Below are positions 51,100 to 62,110 of a DNA stretch of 64,000 nt, piece after piece. Every line of letters starts with the position of its first letter. Within the stretch, counting starts at the first letter, position 1. A program made the translations under genes and the position numbers. The notes below the pieces were generated by a model. The model had not been told where the DNA came from and searched no databases. It was given only the letters and a program-made list of their open reading frames with translations. Source of the DNA: Negaprion brevirostris (taxonomy: Eukaryota); the NCBI GenBank assembly GCA_030324005.1, contig JARDVH010000163.1, forward strand, positions 77,415,348 through 77,479,347, read 5' to 3'.

Positions 51100-52148
51100 A
51101 TACACTTCTTGAAGTCGATGACCATCTCTTTAACTTTGTTGACATTGAAGGAGAAACATTGTTGTCGTCATGTCAGGAACTTTTGGAACTTGACTTGGGA
51201 TAAACTTTGATCTGGGCCCTCTGCCCAAAGCAGTCAGGCCCACTATGTTTTACATTGGATTAAAAGGAACAGTTTAAAACATAACCATCTTATGATGTCC
51301 AGTGGTCATAAGTGTGTGGCAAAATCTAATGTCAGGCTATGTCCATTTTACATGATGGAAATATTATTTAAAGCTTAAAATGAGTCAGATTGCATGTAGT
51401 TTAAATCATAAATTCAACAACCTGATTCGATTTCCCATGAAATGCACCTAGTGTTTGATGCCATTGTTACGTGGAATTAGTCTTCAGGTATTTCTGTGCA
51501 GATGAAGATATTCGTGCTGCGCAAAGCCTGTATAGCTACATGTTTCACATTCTACTGTACCACCCTTTTGGGGTTTGTGCTAACCCTTTTTGAAATTGTT
51601 AGTCAGTTTTTGGCTCTCCCGAATGACAGGTGTATGCATCACTTAAACCTCTAAGGAGCACATTGGAAATTTGTTAGGCAGCCCATCTGTCCAGACCTTA
51701 GTGAATATGTTCACAGTACAAAACTGCCTGCGCTTCAGCACTTTTTCAAAATAAATTGTTAATGTCATTCAGAAAGACTGCAATTATGACTGGTGTGGGA
51801 AGTGGAACATTCTTACAATAGAACACAATGCTCTGAAGTTGGTACTCATGCACGTTTTTAGGGAAGAACAGAGAGAACGTTACATCTAATATGTGCTGTG
51901 CCCCGATTAAGTGCTAATGGGCATTAGATGCTAATAATAGGTGCCAAATGAGGGGGGGAGTATTCTGTTGCCAAAATGAGAATGAGAAAGATTTAATTAA
52001 TGAGACAAATTTGGTTCCTAAATTCAAAGTGCGCATGAAGCAATGTGCNNNNNNNNNNNNNNNNNNNNNNNNNNNNNNNNNNNNNNNNNNNNNNNNNNNN
52101 NNNNNNNNNNNNNNNNNNNNNNNNNNNNNNNNNNNNNNNNNNNNNNNN

Positions 52149-52391
52149 ACACATCTCTTTAACCTGTGCTTAACACTCTCTCCACTCACATTGTCTGTAC
52201 CTTTAAGACTTGATTACCTGTAAAGGCTCGCACTTCAATCATCATTTTGTAAATTGAGTTTGTGTCTTATATGCTCTGTGAATAGGGCTCCCACTCACCT
52301 GATGAAGGAGCAGCAAGTGCTCCGAAAGCTAGTGGCTTTTGCTACCAAATAAACCTGTTGGACTTTAATCTGGTGTTGTGAGACTTCTCAC
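52149..52391 (+). mobile_element. Penelope-like element terminal repeat (carries the hammerhead)
   Basis: Shares the end ...gctaccaaataaacctgttggactttaa..tggtgttgtgagacttct with copies at 5263, 37440 and 39275; left side runs into an N gap. Confidence 0.7.
52296..52334 (+). ncRNA. Minimal hammerhead ribozyme motif (Penelope-associated type)
   Basis: cac-CTGATGA-a-GGAGCA-gcaag-TGCTCC-GAAA-GC-TA-gtg: both core boxes, 6-bp stem II, palindromic AGCT stem III, CUA triplet, short cac/gtg stem I. Confidence 0.7.
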
Positions 52392-52551
52392 CAAAATGAC
52401 CACATTTATTAGCATACATTCCCCATTCGTTGGCCTCTGGAATTGCTGCCCAGTTCAATGGCAGGCCTCTTCTCAAATAACACTATTCAGATTTGGTCGG
52501 TGAGTCAGCTGTTGCCACTGCACCTATTGAAATGCAAGAGGTCAAGCTTAC

Positions 52552-52628
52552 CTGGATGCCTATCATCAAAAGGATCAGGGTCAGCCTTATGGTACTCCTC
52601 AGTCTCCTTCTCAATGAGGTCTGAAATT
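52552..52628 (-). CDS. DCAF1: DCAF1 coding exon 2
   Basis: ttctttttag|A; ISDLIEKETEEYHKADPDPFDDRHP+G|GTAAGC; 77 nt. Confidence 0.95.
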
Positions 52629-53167
52629 CTAAAAAGAAAAATGACCATTCTTTCAGCACAGTAACCCGAAATACCATCTTCAGGCTATTTGATCTGTGTT
52701 ATGTCTATGTCCCCAGTTAACTGAACAAAAGGGGAATTCTCTACATTAGTGCTTCTCAATCACAACACTTTTCTGTTTTCCTGAAACATTTTAAAGTTTT
52801 GCTCATGTCACTGATATGATTACCTAATCTGGGAAATCAAGGTCGAATTAGATTTTTATTCCAGTAAATGAGTTTTAACCATTTAAGGGAGTGTCTTAAC
52901 GGTGCATGTTCATTCAACTCTTTCAGGGGGAGGTGGTGGCATTGTTACTGAATTAGTAATCCAGAGACCAGGGAACAAATCCCACTATGGCAGATGGAAA
53001 AATTTGAATTCAATAAAAGTCTGGAATTAGGGAAGTCCAAATGATGACCATGAAACCATTGTTGATTGTCAAATGTCTTTTAGGGAAGAAAATCTGCTGT
53101 TGTTACTTGGTGTGCCGACATGTGTCTCCAGGTCCACAACGATGTGGTTGACTCTTAATTGTCCTCT

Positions 53168-53501
53168 TAAATGTTTGCCAGATATACTGGCCGGCTGCTG
53201 ACTAAGTCTGAAATTTTAAACATTCCCCTTAAACATAAATATATATTTATAATTCATGGCAGTATGAATGTTGACATTCAGTTATGGGATGTGGAACTGT
53301 CCTCTGAAATGGTTTAGCAAGCAGTTCAAGGGCAATGAGGGATGGGCAATAAATGCTGACCCAGTTAGCACCACCCACATCCCATAACTGAATTTCAAAA
53401 TTCATACTGCCATAGATTATAAATATATATTTTTGTTTAAGGGGCATGTTTAAAATTTCAGATTTATTCTGCAGGTAGCCAGTATGTCTGGCAAACATTT
53501 A
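53168..53501. repeat. Inverted repeat (arms 53168-53294 and 53375-53501)
   Basis: taaatgtttgccagat...gttatgggatgtgg versus ccacatcccataac...ctggcaaacattta. Confidence 0.9.
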
Positions 53502-53761
53502 GCTCAACGATTGTAAAAACAAGTTCAAGACTAATTTCAGCTAGGTACTTGGTACATTGATAGAGTTAATGGACTTCTATTTACTTAAGTTTCCCCATGG
53601 GATTTTTGATAGAGTGATCGACAAGGTCATGCGATGATGTGGTTTTACATGCATAGCTAAGCCTGTAGCAGAAAAGTACCTTCTACCATTCTGGCTGAGA
53701 ACTATTTGAAGACTGAGGATGGAATCCTCTCTCCCCTCACTGTCATGGGAACTATAGCCAG

Positions 53762-53854
53762 CAGGCCAGAAATTTTGATGGACCATTTAAAGGTCCATTG
53801 ACCTTGGGCAGCAATTTCCAGCCTTGGGGCGAGCACGGCCAGAAAATCTCATCC
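53762..53854. mobile_element. Short MITE-like element (copies about 44817-44922 and, inverted, 14166-14294)
   Basis: Shared aaggtccattgac...gatttt...cttggggc...ccagaaaatc block with imperfect terminal inverted repeats. Confidence 0.55.
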
Positions 53855-54657
53855 TAGGGTTTCTACAAGCTGCCCGAGGCTCATTTTCACTTAAAGCTTC
53901 AAGCCTATTGACTTTCATTATAGNNNNNNNNNNNNNNNNNNNNNNNNNNNNNNNNNNNNNNNNNNNNNNNNNNNNNNNNNNNNNNNNNNNNNNNNNNNNN
54001 NNNNNNNNNNNNNNNNNNNNNNNTTTCACTTAAAGCTTCAAGACTATTGACTTTCATTATAGCAAGTATATTTATGGTTAACAACAGTATTTAACTGGCA
54101 TTTACATCTCTAAGAGAAATGTTGCTTATTTGGAACTGAAAGTGATTAATTAGAAATTAGTTTCCTTTCACTTTCAAATGTTGTTCAACTATTAACAGTT
54201 AAGCTGCTTCATTTGTTAGTTATATTTAAACTGTTTTATCAAATAAGATTTTACTATAAAAAAATCCCTAATTTGACAGTGGAATTAATCCTGGAATGAA
54301 ACATCCAATCTTCACATTTGTGCCAAAATAGAAAAATAGTTGGCTCCTAGTCTGGCATCCTAATGTAATTTGTTTAGGGCCCTAACAACTCCAAAAATTG
54401 AACTGATTCTGATGTGATCATCCAAGTTAATGTTTTTAACAAAAACTTTTCTGTTTGTAATGGTAACTACTTTTCTTGGGGAATGGAACACTTTCCACTT
54501 TGGTGAGTCAGTGTTGCATCAAGCACTCACAGGTGTAGTTTGCATAATTATATGCAGAATAAAGCTCCTCCTATTGTTTTGTGGGTTAACTCATGGCCTA
54601 ATCTATATGGAGAAAGTTTCCCTTTAGTGATTGACTTAGGTCTGACTTGAGCAGAGT

Positions 54658-54972
54658 TCATAGATCATAGAACCCTACAGTGCAGAAGGCAGCCATTCAG
54701 CTCACTGAACCTGCACCAATCACAATCCCACCCAGGCCCTATCCCTGTAACCCCATGCATTTACCCTAGCTAATCTCCCTGACATTAAGGGGAAATATAG
54801 TATGCCCAATCCACCTAACCCACACATCTTTGGACTATGGGAGAAAACCAGAGCATCTGGAGAAAACCCATGCATACACAGAGAACATGCAAACTCCACA
54901 CAGACAGTCACCCAAACCAGGAATGGATCCTGGATTCCTGGTGCTGAGGCAGCAGTGCTAACCACTGTGCAA
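54658..54972 (-). mobile_element. HE1-type SINE
   Basis: Reverse complement of the 50753 copy, tail to head. Confidence 0.82.
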
Positions 54973-55399
54973 CAAGACTAATTTATTTACATTATATATA
55001 CTAAGCTACATGTTCAGTATACCTCTGTTGCATGCAGACTATTTCATATTCCTTAGAGTTCCTAGCCCACGAGTGCTGTTTCATCATGATATGCATCACT
55101 ATATCATCACCCACTGTGTGACATCTACAATACCATAGTGGCAAATGCTGACCTTGCCAGCAACATTCACGTGAATGGAAAATAAAATTGTCCAGACACT
55201 GTCTCCCAAATGCAGTCTTGACTCCTCTCTTCCCAACCCCAATGGGCACTTTACCCCCCACAACTACCCCCAGTTCATCATGTCTTACCATCCCCAGCTG
55301 CAGCATCCAATTTTTCACTGAGTGCCATAAATCCCAAGATAAACTAATGTTTTGACTTGAGAGTCAGAATTTCCAACCTCTACATTCCTAACTGCTTAC

Positions 55400-55509
55400 T
55401 TGGTCAAGACAGGGACAACATTCTGCCCATTGTTGTTCTCCCTTTCCCATTGCTCCAGTAATGAAGTAAGCTCAGCTTTGGAATCAACATTTGCAGGAAC
55501 GGAAGCCAT
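55400..55509 (-). CDS. DCAF1: DCAF1 coding exon 1 (start codon; exon begins 55517 with 8 nt of UTR)
   Basis: ctctcaccag|GCTCAACA ATG; MASVPANVDSKAELTSLLEQWERENNNGQNVVPVLT+AA|GTAAGC; 110 nt. Confidence 0.95.
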
Positions 55510-56689
55510 TGTTGAGCCTGGTGAGAGGGCAGAGAAAGAGTCAATAAATTGTTAGGTACACTAGAATCACCACTCTCTCCCTCCCTAGTCCATTCCTTAT
55601 ACTTATCTTTGAGATGGAGTTTTAATTCCAGTTGATTTGGGATTGGAACCCACAAAAAATATTGCACCTTTTATTCTGACAGTGCTGTTCTAACATAATA
55701 TCAGAAAGATGCTGCAAAAGCTTTGGGATTCCCACTGACAGATGAGTTGCACAAGCTTAATATCCAAGGCTGCATGACTTGAACCGTGGGTCAAAATTCA
55801 CCCGTGACTCTCATAACAAAGTGATCTCACTAAGTAGCAGGTTGATCGTTTAAATGTATCTTGTCTCCCCCCAGTCTACATTAATCCCATCTGATCAAAG
55901 TCAGTTTAAACACCAAAATGGATTTATTACACTTTAGCAGACTAGACCAAAAATAACAGCAATGAGGGAGAAACTGTTATGGTCAGAGGGCTTTTCTGTG
56001 CTACTTATTACTTGGAGTCAGTGACAGTCAATGCTGAGCTAACCCTCCAGCTCCAGCAAGTTGCTAAGAGAGCGCTGCGTTGTAAAATACCTTTGACGTG
56101 GTTTACTGCTCACCCTCTTTTGCCTGTGGTACTCAGCAAACGCTCAGTTACAGACACTTGAGCCTATCTGGCTGTGGGTTACAGATCAAACCAAGCTTTT
56201 TTGTTCCCTCCCCTCTTTCATATTGCAAAAAGTCATCATTGTACAGTAAAAGAGAAACTTTATAAGTGAATATGAATATTTCAGTCGTGCACTTTTGAGA
56301 GGTCAATGAGACACAAATAAAAATATAATAACAAGGCAGATATTTTATTCTGGAAGCCTGGAATAAAGTGCAAACACTTTAATTTCCTTCTCATGGTATA
56401 CACCACATGAAGCGTGGTCTTCAACATGTACGACATTTTCTAAAATCAAATTTAAAAGATGTAATCATCAGATCCAATCATCCACACACATTATAGGTTC
56501 ATCCATTTAATTGTTTTGCAATGCTCTTCTTTGTTTCAAATTACTCCCCACATTCGTCCATGTACCATCTAGACACAGTAAAAGTGAAGAGAATTGTATT
56601 TTTGTAACTTAGCTGAACACACCATGAAGATTACACAATGTACACTTTACTGAAACTGCACTGACAACTCTGATATTACAACAAGAATT

Positions 56690-57360
56690 TGCAATTATAC
56701 AGAGCCTCTAACATACTAAATCCACCCCAAGATGTTTCTCAGGATCATTATCGGACAAAGGGTTGACATCACCCAAATGAGGAGGTTTCATGGCAAATGA
56801 CCAAAAGCATGGTCAAAGAAACATCTTAAAAAATCAAAAAGAGCTGGAGAAAAAAGGGAAGCTTCCCCTTCGGGAGGGAATTTGAGTTCAGGCCTTGGCA
56901 ATTGAAGACGAGTGAAGGAGTCATGAAAATCAGGCGCACAAGATGCCAGAACTGTAAGAAGTATGAAGGACTGCAGGAGATAAAGAGTGCTAAGGCCACG
57001 TAGGGACACAAGAATAAGAGCTTTCAAATAGAGAAATTGCCAGACAGGATATCAGTAAGCACAAGGGCAGTGAATGAATGGGACATGGTATGAATTAGGT
57101 TACAAGCAATTTTGGACGAACAAGTTTGTGGAGGGGCAAGGTGCAATATTGACCAGGAGCGTCTGGGAATAATTGTATATACATAGAAAATGTTTTTGAA
57201 TAAGAAATGATAACATCAGATAGTTGAGACTGGTTGAAGATAAGCAATGTTACAGTGATGGGAGCAGGCAGGTCTGGATGATGGAGTGGACCTGGGATTG
57301 AAGTCCAGTTTAGGATTAAATAGAAAACCAAGCAGAGTGTCCTATTGTGTGTGGATGAAG
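56690..57360 (-). mobile_element. Old L2-like LINE remnant (similar purine-rich decay at about 2400-3200 and 25020-25250)
   Basis: Purine-rich degenerate blocks resembling reverse-strand L2 3' ends; weak. Confidence 0.4.
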
Positions 57361-57459
57361 GACAATCAATAAGATAAAATTCCAAGTATCTGATTACCTA
57401 AGTAACGAGACTTGGCACTTCAAGGATGCCACCAAATGAAGTAAGTGACTGGAACTGAT

Positions 57460-57830
57460 GCTCCCTTCTGAGTTCAAAAGACTGTGGGTTCAACTTCCAT
57501 TTTAGGATTTGAGGACATAATTCAGACTGACACTCCAGTGCTGCTGCATCGTCTCTCAGACAAGATGTCAGATGAACCTGCACAGGTGAAGGCAAAAAAC
57601 CTCTATGGCTATATTCAAATAAGAACAGGGCATTGATCCATCAATCAATATCAAAGCAGATTAACTGGCCACCTTTCTCATTACCACATGGGGGATTATA
57701 TTGTGCTCAAACTGGCTGCCATTTCTCCCTACATTATAACAGCAACCATACTTGCAACGTAATTAGTTAAATGTGAAGCTTTTTGGAATGTACTTGTGGG
57801 AAATCTATTGTTTCAATACACGTTCTTTTG
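57460..57830 (+). mobile_element. Deu-domain SINE (SacSINE1/AmnSINE1-like); other copies about 1295-1480(-), 4715-4875(+), 18145-18380(-), 24750-24935(-)
   Basis: gactgacactccagtgc...aaactggctgccatttc...tacattataacagcaaccatactt, matching the recalled Deu-SINE body and tail. Confidence 0.6.
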
Positions 57831-58174
57831 CTCTATGTAAGCATTTGTGACTCAGAACTGGCCTTCCCTTACGATTACCCTATTCAAAAAAAGTGACATT
57901 TTTAAACATTTATCAAAGGATAAACCTAATGTAATGACTTTTATTTATTAAAGAACTATGGAAGCTAAGGCTCACATGCCCAGTCAATCTTGATCGTCAG
58001 TATAGTCCTCTATTTCTTTATCCTAAATGCGATTCTTTAGCTTCCTTTTAAATGTATATACGCTTTTCACCTCAGCTACCCCTTGTACTGCAGTCTAATC
58101 ACTCTCAGGGTAAAGAAGTTACTTCAAAACAGTAATTTGCAGCAATGTTACAATGGAATTATTAAATGGGATTT

Positions 58175-58817
58175 AGAAACATAGAAACCCTACAGCACAC
58201 ATAGGCCATTCGGCTCATCAAGTCTGCACCGACCACAATCCCACCCAGGCCCCACCCCCACATCCACCCACTAATCCCTCCAACCTATGCATTCCAGGAC
58301 ACTATGGACAATTTTAGCATGACCAATCAACCTAGGTAAATTGTAGGTAAAATGTTAGAATCCGTCATCAAGGAGAAAATAGCGAGTCATCTTGAGGAGA
58401 ATTGTTTGATAGAGCAGACGCAGCATGGTTTCGTTAAGGGGAAGTCGTGTCTGACAAATTTATTGGAGTTCTATGAGGATGTNNNNNNNNNNNNNNNNNN
58501 NNNNNNNNNNNNNNNNNNNNNNNNNNNNNNNNNNNNNNNNNNNNNNNNNNNNNNNNNNNNNNNNNNNNNNNNNNNNNNNNNNCATGATCTTATTGAATGG
58601 CGGGGCAGGCTCGAGGGGCTAGATGGCCTACTCCTGCTCCTATTTCTTATGTTCTAACCTGCACATCTTTGGACTGTGGGAGGAAACCGGAGTACCTGGA
58701 AGAAACCCACGCAGACACGAGGAGAATGTGCAAACCCCACACAGAGTGACCCAAGTGGGGAATCGAACCCAGGTCCCTGGAGCTGCGAAGCAGCAGTGCT
58801 AACAACTGTGCTACCGT
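58175..58817 (-). mobile_element. HE1-type SINE split by a CR1 insertion
   Basis: Tail half 58175-58334, head half 58655-58817. Confidence 0.82.
58335..58654 (+). mobile_element. Young CR1 (collapsed by gap) inside an HE1-type SINE
   Basis: MLESVIKEKIASHLE...QHGFVKGKSCLTNLLEFYED and an intact tail; SINE continues on both sides. Confidence 0.85.
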
Positions 58818-58949
58818 ACCAGACTTCTATTAACTTCATTGCTCACTTCATAGGTATGGAAACAAGAAAGAGAGTTCAATGTGAACTATAAATAGCAGCA
58901 ATGTCACTAGGAATAAGCATTGTGCGGTGTGTGTGAACTATCTACTCAC

Positions 58950-58996
58950 CGACATTGTACAATTACAGAATGTGTTCTTCCACACCTATGTCGTGC
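58950..58996 (-). other. Candidate 47-nt 5'-UTR exon of DCAF1
   Basis: Acceptor gttttctctag| and donor TCG|GTGAGT in non-repeat sequence upstream of the ATG exon, whose own acceptor requires an upstream exon. Confidence 0.55.
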
Positions 58997-59479
58997 CTAG
59001 AGAAAACATTTTACACTGAGGCGAGGTACTTGCATGAGGTACTACAGATTAAAAGGCACCTCTTCTTCCCAGCATGCTACAACTTACCATGGTACATCTT
59101 AAAATGCTCATTATGTTTCTCAAAAGTAGAGCAATGTTTTCATGCTGTTCCTCTTTACAATTATGTATGTAGAGCACAGTGCTGGTGTAACACAACTCAA
59201 AATACAGCTGTGACTGGGTAAGACAGGAGTTAGTTTTGTTTTGCTAGGTGTTTTCACAGTTCAAGTAGACAAAATTTTACATGGATAAATGTATGAGTGT
59301 TCAATGCAGCACAAAAGAGCATTGCCATGATAACAGTTCCAGCAAATTTCAATGAGTTAAGAGTTTACCATGAGTAATCTAAATTACAGAAACACAACTG
59401 TGCACGTGAACTCTCTAATACCCTGCTTATCATACTGCGATATCACTTATAACTTGGTTATATTCTCTTTCACCAAGGA

Positions 59480-59840
59480 TAACATCCACTGACTCTGTCT
59501 ACACTTCCCGCTGCCTCGGCAAAGCAGCCAGCATAAGTAAGGACCCCACACACCCCGGACGTTCTCTCTTCCACCTTCTTCTATCGGGAAAAAGATAGAA
59601 AAGTCTGAGGTCACATATCAACCAACTCAAAAACAGCTTCTTCCCTGCTACTGTCAGACTTTTGAATGGACTTACGTTGCATTAAATTGATATTTCGCTA
59701 CACCTTAGCTATGATAGTAACACTTCATTCTGCACTCTCGTTCCCTTCTCTATGAACGGTACGCTTTGTCTGTATAGTGCGCAAAAAACAATACTTTTCA
59801 CTGTATGTTAATACATGTGACAATAATAAATCAAATCAAG
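59480..59840 (+). mobile_element. Rex1/Babar-like LINE 3' end
   Basis: Reverse complement of 42002-42350; ends caataataaatcaaatca. Confidence 0.75.
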
Positions 59841-59854
59841 TGGAATTTAAATTG

Positions 59855-60178
59855 AGGGAGGCAATGGCCTAATGGTATTACCTGGTATAATCCAGAAACT
59901 CAGCTAATGTTGTGGGACATCCTGCCAAGCCAGATGGCAGACTTTGAATTCAATAAAAAATATCTGAAATTACGAATCTACTGATGACCATTGTCGATTG
60001 TCATAAAAACCCATCTGGTTCACTAATGTCCTCTAGGGAAGGAAATCTGCCATCCTTACCTGGCCTAAATGTAACTCCAGAGCCACTGGAGCTCAACTGT
60101 CCTCCAAGGGCAACCAGGGATGGGCAAGAAATGCTGGCCAACCAGCAACACCTATGTCCCACGAATAAATGAAAAAAA
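59855..60178 (+). mobile_element. tRNA-head SINE, third family (copies about 52925-53385, 32150-32400, 43150-43540(-); tails near 21715, 23110, 34225)
   Basis: Shared aaaacccatctggttcactaatgtcc.ctagggaaggaaatctgc core and gatgggcaa.aaatgctggcc tail; family name not established. Confidence 0.7.
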
Positions 60179-61854
60179 TTAAACAAACATCTTTAGAATA
60201 AGATGCGTCACAAAAATGGGCATCAACCTAAAGCAGGAAATGTCATCACAGAATCAAGTAAACACTGCCTTCATTCTGTTCTCACTTTTCCTAATAATGT
60301 TAGATTACGGTCATACACTCCACAACAGGAGCTGTAAAAGGGATTTACTCTTGCAACGCTAAGGTTAGAATTTATAAATAGTACCGCCACTGGGATTTCA
60401 AAGAGTAATACCATGCCTGTGAAATTCTCATACTGTATCTACATGAACCGAAAGCAGCCATTGGTAGACTCATTGTTCCAAACTCGAGTTGTGCCTGAAG
60501 AGGGATGCGTAATAATGGAATAACAATGGAACTGGTGAAGCAGCTTAAGTGGACAAATTAAGAGCATTGGAGGAGAAGTATGATATCTCAAACCTCTCAA
60601 CTTCACTCAGCTATATTTAACGAGGGACCCATCATTAGGCATCAATAGAATAAGATGAGTCTAATTTGGTTTGCATTCCCACAAACGTAGGACAGAGAAA
60701 CAAAAATTTGTTAGGATAGATACATGGAGTACAAGTCCAAAACAAGAGCAGTGCATGAATTCAGGAAGTTTTTTTTCAGTCGTAAATTTCTCCTCAAAAG
60801 GCTTTGTACGCTGGAATAATTGAAATTTAAAAGACTTTGATCAATATATTTTTGTTAGGCCAGCATAACAAGAGACATGGACGAGGAGTGGGTTGAGGTA
60901 GATCAGTCATGCTTGTAGAATATTAACTAAATAGCAAAATACATTGCTAGGGTTAATCAGAACACTGATACACAGATATCCAAGTACCAATTAGAAACAT
61001 CAAATGTACCAGAACTCTGAAATTCGGAAGACCAGGGAACTTCTTCCTCTCCCTTGAAAAACTGTTAAATCCAAGCCTGATCCCTTCACTGATATAGATG
61101 TCTGAAACCCAGTGCCAAATACATTTCTGCTCCTTGACATATCATGCCCTAAAAGGCATGGGAACCACGGACTTCCACTGAATTGGTCCATGATTATGCT
61201 TGGCAAAATATAGCAGTAGTTTGCTGCTGCTTTCTGCAGTTGGGTGGCCCAACAAACTCACTTGCTCTTACCATGAAATGGTTACAGCACAGGGGGCAAT
61301 TTGGCCTATCTTATCCATGCCAGCCTGAGGACACCTAGGTGCCCTTTCTAATCCCACCTTCTTGTAGATTACAGCAAAGTGCAGATCCAGCACTTTTAAA
61401 AGAGTTTAAGGTACCTGCCTCCACCATCAACTCGGATAGAAGATACCAAACACCCACCATCCTTTGCATAAAAAAGTTCTTCCACGTGTCCATTCTACAC
61501 CTACTGCCACTTATCTTGATGTTCCCTGGTTCTAGAATTCTCCATCAAGGGAAACCTTGCCACGTGCTACATCAAAAGGAATTACAAACCGATGATCATT
61601 CTGTCTACTCCATCACCAACACTTCCATTGTCGTTAAATTGAACCTGGAGTTTCTGGCCCAGAGGTAGGAATGCTATCACTCAGGTTCAATGGATTCCGA
61701 GATATCTCCAAGTTTAATAAACTATCTGCAGATCCCACATGTGCGGCTGGTGGTTCTTGGAAGGACATCAAAGATGAGTTGAATTATTTGAGATGAGGTG
61801 AGATGAGATGGGTTGGGTTGTTGAGGTTTGTACATTCTCCAAAACCTCGACTTT

Positions 61855-62110
61855 GCCTCTGTATTTTCCTGACGACATCTCTGTGTTCAGTGCCTTCCTG
61901 AATGAAACTTCTTCATTCGCCCCCAACACTAGCACAGTGTATGCCATCTACAAGATGCACTGCAGTAACTCCCCTAGACTCCTTCAAATGGCACCTATCA
62001 AACCCACAATTGCTACCATCTAAATGACAGGCACATGGGAAGACCAACAGGATGCCCTCCAAACCACACACCATCCTCACTTCGAAATACATCAATGTTC
62101 CTTTGTGTTA
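61855..62110 (+). mobile_element. LINE 3'-region fragment
   Basis: cacagtgtatgccatctacaagatgcactgcag...ctccaaaccacacaccatcctcactt; related scrap at about 3580-3680. Confidence 0.5.

Larger units (their letters stand above)
50276..52936 (+). repeat. Diverged direct duplication (about 50276-50512 and 52707-52936)
   Basis: ccagttaactgaacaaa...gctcatgtcactg.tatgattaccta...ttttaaccatttaag.gagtgtcttaa in both. Confidence 0.85.

Noticed and set aside
55014-55087. Minus-strand ATGATGA...CTGA pair
   Set aside because: No convincing terminal stem or guide sequence; such pairs arise by chance.
59082-59095. Strong donor ATG|GTAAGT on the minus strand
   Set aside because: No matching acceptor identified; isolated donors are common.
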